Assembly (NCBI RefSeq): GCF_000195975.1
Contig: NC_005070.1
Span: 1,950,001-1,982,000 of the forward strand
Reading direction: 5' to 3'
DNA: 32,000 nt
Origin: Parasynechococcus marenigrum WH 8102
GTDB lineage: Bacteria; Cyanobacteriota; Cyanobacteriia; PCC-6307; Cyanobiaceae
Position numbers and translations under genes: made by a program
Shown here: positions 29,171 through 32,000 of the stretch, in pieces
Layout of the letters: each line of letters opens with the position of its first letter
Position numbering within the stretch: position 1 is the stretch's first letter
Notes under the pieces: generated by a model
Seen by the model: the letters and a program-made list of their open reading frames with translations, nothing else
Told to the model about the DNA's origin: nothing
Database searches by the model: none

Positions 29171-30268
29171 ATGGACGCCTCGACCCTTCTCGCGCGGCTT
29201 GAGGCCGCCACAGCCAGCTTCCGAAACCTCGAGCGGCAGCTGGCTGACCCAGATGTGGCCGCAGACCCCACGCGGCTTGAAAAAATTGCGCGTGAACGGG
29301 CTCGGCTCGAGCCGTTGGTGCTCGACTTCGAGGAGCTGCAAGTTCTGGAAGGGGAACAAAAGCAATCCCGCGAGCTGCTGAAGGAATGCCGCGGCGATGC
29401 CGCGATGGAGGAGCTGGCCCAGGACGATTTAGCCAGCCTCAACCGACGCCACGCCGAGCTCACCGAAAAACTCACGGTGGCCTTGCTGCCTCGCGACCCC
29501 CGCGATGAACGCAGCGTCATGTTGGAGATCCGTGCCGGAGCCGGAGGCGATGAAGCCTGCATCTGGGCCGGCGATCTGGCGCGGATGTACGAGCGCTACA
29601 GCCAGAAGCTCGGCTGGAACGTGCAACCCATCAGCAGCAATGAAGCCGATCTGGGGGGGTTCCGGGAACTGATCCTGTCGGTGAAAGGCGACAGCGTGTT
29701 CAGTCAGCTCAAGTTCGAAGCCGGTGTGCATCGGGTGCAGCGGGTCCCCGCCACCGAATCCCAGGGTCGGGTCCACACCTCCACGGCCACGGTGGCCGTG
29801 ATGCCGGAAGCCGATGCGGTGGAGGTGCAGCTGGACCCCAAGGATCTGGAGATCAGCACCGCCCGTTCTGGTGGCGCCGGTGGTCAGAACGTCAACAAGG
29901 TGGAAACCGCCGTAGACCTGCTGCACAAACCCAGCGGCATCCGTGTGTTCTGCACCCAGGAGCGCTCTCAGCTGCAGAACCGGGAACGGGCTCTGGAAAT
30001 CCTGCGAGCCAAACTGCTGGAACAGGAGCAACGGGAGGCGGCGGCCCGGGAAAGCAGCGACCGTCGCGCCCAGGTGGGCAGCGGTGATCGCAGCGAAAAA
30101 ATCCGCACATACAACTACAAAGACAACCGCACCACCGATCACCGGCTGGGCAGAAATTTTTCACTCGATCCGGTGCTGGATGGTCAGCTTGAGGATTTGA
30201 TCGGCGCCTGCATCGCAGAAGAACAGCGGCAGAAACTGGAAGCCCTCAGCCAACAGAACGAGGACTGA
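29171..30268 (+). CDS. prfA: Peptide chain release factor 1
   Basis: Has [15 protein letters not shown] (GGQ) and the VPATESQGR tripeptide-anticodon region (P-x-T type, which indicates RF1). There is no internal frameshift. Confidence 0.98.
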   Translation: MDASTLLARLEAATASFRNLERQLADPDVAADPTRLEKIARERARLEPLVLDFEELQVLEGEQKQSRELLKECRGDAAMEELAQDDLASLNRRHAELTEKLTVALLPRDPRDERSVMLEIRAGAGGDEACIWAGDLARMYERYSQKLGWNVQPISSNEADLGGFRELILSVKGDSVFSQLKFEAGVHRVQRVPATESQGRVHTSTATVAVMPEADAVEVQLDPKDLEISTARSGGAGGQNVNKVETAVDLLHKPSGIRVFCTQERSQLQNRERALEILRAKLLEQEQREAAARESSDRRAQVGSGDRSEKIRTYNYKDNRTTDHRLGRNFSLDPVLDGQLEDLIGACIAEEQRQKLEALSQQNED

Positions 30269-30275
30269 ACTCAGC

Positions 30276-30776
30276 TCAGGCTCCGATCACGTATTTGGCC
30301 CATTCGCTGTGACGGCCGGAATGGATCTGGCGGGTGGCCTCAAAACTGAGGCTGCTCAGCGGACGGCGCGGCACCCGCATCAGCGGCATGTCCGCCTCCT
30401 TCGGGGTGCGATTGCCCTTTCGCACATTGCAGCTCAGACAAGCGGTGGTCACGTTTTCCCAGGTGTCACCCCCACCTCGGCTGCGGGGCACCACATGGTC
30501 GATTGACAGCGGTTCGTTGCGGCAGCCGCAGTACTGACAACTGTGGTTATCGCGATGAAACAGGTTGCGTCGGGTCAGCGGCAACTGACGGAAAGGCACC
30601 CGGACGTATTGGCGCAAACGAATGACGGTCGGGAGGTGAGTACCACGCCGGATCTCTCGGGTGGAATCCTGCTCGAGACTCTCAGCCTTGCCCTTGAGCA
30701 TCATCACCATGGCGCGCCGCCAGGTAGTGATATTCAGCGGCTCGTAGGACGCATTGAGAACGAGAACCTGGCCCAT
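30276..30776 (-). CDS. Stand-alone HNH endonuclease family protein
   Basis: CQYCG...LSIDHVVPRSRGGGDTWENVTTACLSCNVRKGNRTP is an HNH/zinc-finger motif. The start is set at MGQVLVLNASYEPL (30776); the ATG at 30800 is the alternative. Confidence 0.85.
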   Translation of the reverse strand: MGQVLVLNASYEPLNITTWRRAMVMMLKGKAESLEQDSTREIRRGTHLPTVIRLRQYVRVPFRQLPLTRRNLFHRDNHSCQYCGCRNEPLSIDHVVPRSRGGGDTWENVTTACLSCNVRKGNRTPKEADMPLMRVPRRPLSSLSFEATRQIHSGRHSEWAKYVIGA

Positions 30777-30850
30777 GCCAGCTCCCTGAATACGAGGCAT
30801 GCTATCGATTCCACCAAGCCCCCCTTGGTAACGCTGAGCACCAAAGCCTC

Positions 30851-31981
30851 ATGTCGGAGCTAAGTCCACGCCAGCGCGCCTGGGTGGAGGTCTACCCCAC
30901 GGCCATTGAGGCCAACTGCCGACTGCTGTGCCGTCAACTTGTCACCGGCTGCCAGCTGATGGCCGTGGTGAAAGCCGACGGCTATGGCCACGGCGCCGTG
31001 ACCGTGGCGAGGGCTTCCCTACGCGGCGGGGCATCCAGCCTTGGGGTGGCAACCCTTCAGGAAGGCCTGGAACTGCGGGATGCAGGCATCGAGGCGCCGG
31101 TTCTGATCCTCAGCGCCCTGCCAAGCCCGGAGGATCTCCGCCACTGCCTGGAGCAGCGGCTGATGCCGACCCTGAGCAGCCTGGATGAAGCGAACACGGC
31201 CGCTGCGGTGGCTGCTGAACGAGGAAACGAGCGCTTTCCTGTGCAGCTGAAACTCGATACAGGGATGGCCAGGCTCGGTGGCGAATGGCAGGAGGGAGCC
31301 CAGCTGGTGCAGTCCATCCGCACCCTGCCTCAGCTGGAACTAGTAGGCCTATACAGCCATCTCGCCTGTGCGGATGAGCTTGGCGATCAACTCACCCACC
31401 TGCAGCTGCAGCGCTTTCGATCCGTCATTGAAGCCCTGCCGGATGGCGGCAGCGGCCTGTGCTGCCATCTGGCCAATTCCGCCGGAACCCTGCAGGATCC
31501 CCGTTTGCATCTGGACATGGTGCGCGTTGGCCTCGCCTTGTACGGACAATCCCCAGCTGACCACCTCGGCCTCGATTTAGCACTACAGCCTGCCTTGGCG
31601 GTGAAGGCACGCGTCAGCCTTATTCGGGAGGTGCCGAGCGGTAGCGGCGTCAGCTACGGCCATCGCTTTGTCACCAGTCGTCCGTCACGCCTGGCGGTGA
31701 TCGCCATCGGTTATGCCGACGGCGTGGTCCGCGCACTGAGCGGCCGCATTGACGTCCTGCATCGTGGTCGCCGGGTGCCGCAGGTGGGCAATATCACCAT
31801 GGACCAGATCATCCTCGACGCCACCGATGTCGAGGAGCTGACGGTGGGAGACAACGTCACGCTGCTGGGGCAAGACGGAGATGACTGCATCCGTCCCCAG
31901 GACTGGAGCGCTCGCTGCGGCTCGATCCCCTGGGAGATTCTCTGTGGTTTCAAACACCGCCTGCCGCGGGTCGAGATCTGA
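30851..31981 (+). CDS. alr: Alanine racemase
   Basis: AVVKADGYGHG is the PLP-lysine motif. The protein is 376 aa and has the C-terminal YGHRF...IGYADG...GNITMDQ pattern. Confidence 0.95.
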   Translation: MSELSPRQRAWVEVYPTAIEANCRLLCRQLVTGCQLMAVVKADGYGHGAVTVARASLRGGASSLGVATLQEGLELRDAGIEAPVLILSALPSPEDLRHCLEQRLMPTLSSLDEANTAAAVAAERGNERFPVQLKLDTGMARLGGEWQEGAQLVQSIRTLPQLELVGLYSHLACADELGDQLTHLQLQRFRSVIEALPDGGSGLCCHLANSAGTLQDPRLHLDMVRVGLALYGQSPADHLGLDLALQPALAVKARVSLIREVPSGSGVSYGHRFVTSRPSRLAVIAIGYADGVVRALSGRIDVLHRGRRVPQVGNITMDQIILDATDVEELTVGDNVTLLGQDGDDCIRPQDWSARCGSIPWEILCGFKHRLPRVEI

Positions 31982-32000
31982 CTGACCGTCCAACGCTTGG

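Noticed and set aside
29171-30268. Checked the release-factor gene for a programmed +1 frameshift site.
   Set aside because: The P-x-T motif shows this is RF1 (prfA), not RF2. The reading frame is continuous with no internal in-frame stop.

Overview
High-GC (about 60%) picocyanobacterial core-genome window, most consistent with a marine Synechococcus/Cyanobium-type genome. The taxon call rests on cyanobacteria-specific genes (ndhN, ldpA, ycf45, a CAAD/CurT-like protein) and on the cyanobacterial layout of the ribosomal-protein cluster. There are three blocks. (1) Bases 1-8100 hold mixed housekeeping genes: a cobO 3' end, moeB-rhodanese plus a JAMM protease, a CAAD membrane protein, fructosamine kinase, a CrtD-like desaturase, tyrA, a degenerate DinG-like protein and two small conserved ORFs. 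(2) Bases 8102-13367 form a minus-strand run: ndhN-ldpA-ycf45-tRNA-Gln-HAD hydrolase-recA. (3) Bases 13744-30268 form a 16.5 kb plus-strand translation superoperon from rplC to rplO, then secY, adk, rpmJ, rpsM, rpsK, rpoA, rplQ, truA, rplM, rpsI, rpmE and prfA, followed by a convergent HNH endonuclease gene and alr. I see no CRISPR array, IS element, integrase, prophage remnant, toxin-antitoxin pair or compositional island. I therefore cannot honestly point to a clear new 'system' here. The items most worth a second look are: the MoeB-rhodanese/JAMM pair with no carrier protein nearby; an apparently ATPase-dead DinG-like protein; the 376-nt GC-rich non-coding region upstream of rplC; terminator-like hairpins on both sides of secY; a LexA-box-like site upstream of recA; a tRNA-Gln ending 10 nt before a protein start codon; and a mirror-symmetric stop-codon palindrome shared by recA and its convergent neighbour. 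Most other long ORFs in the six-frame track are antisense or out-of-frame shadows typical of high-GC DNA.
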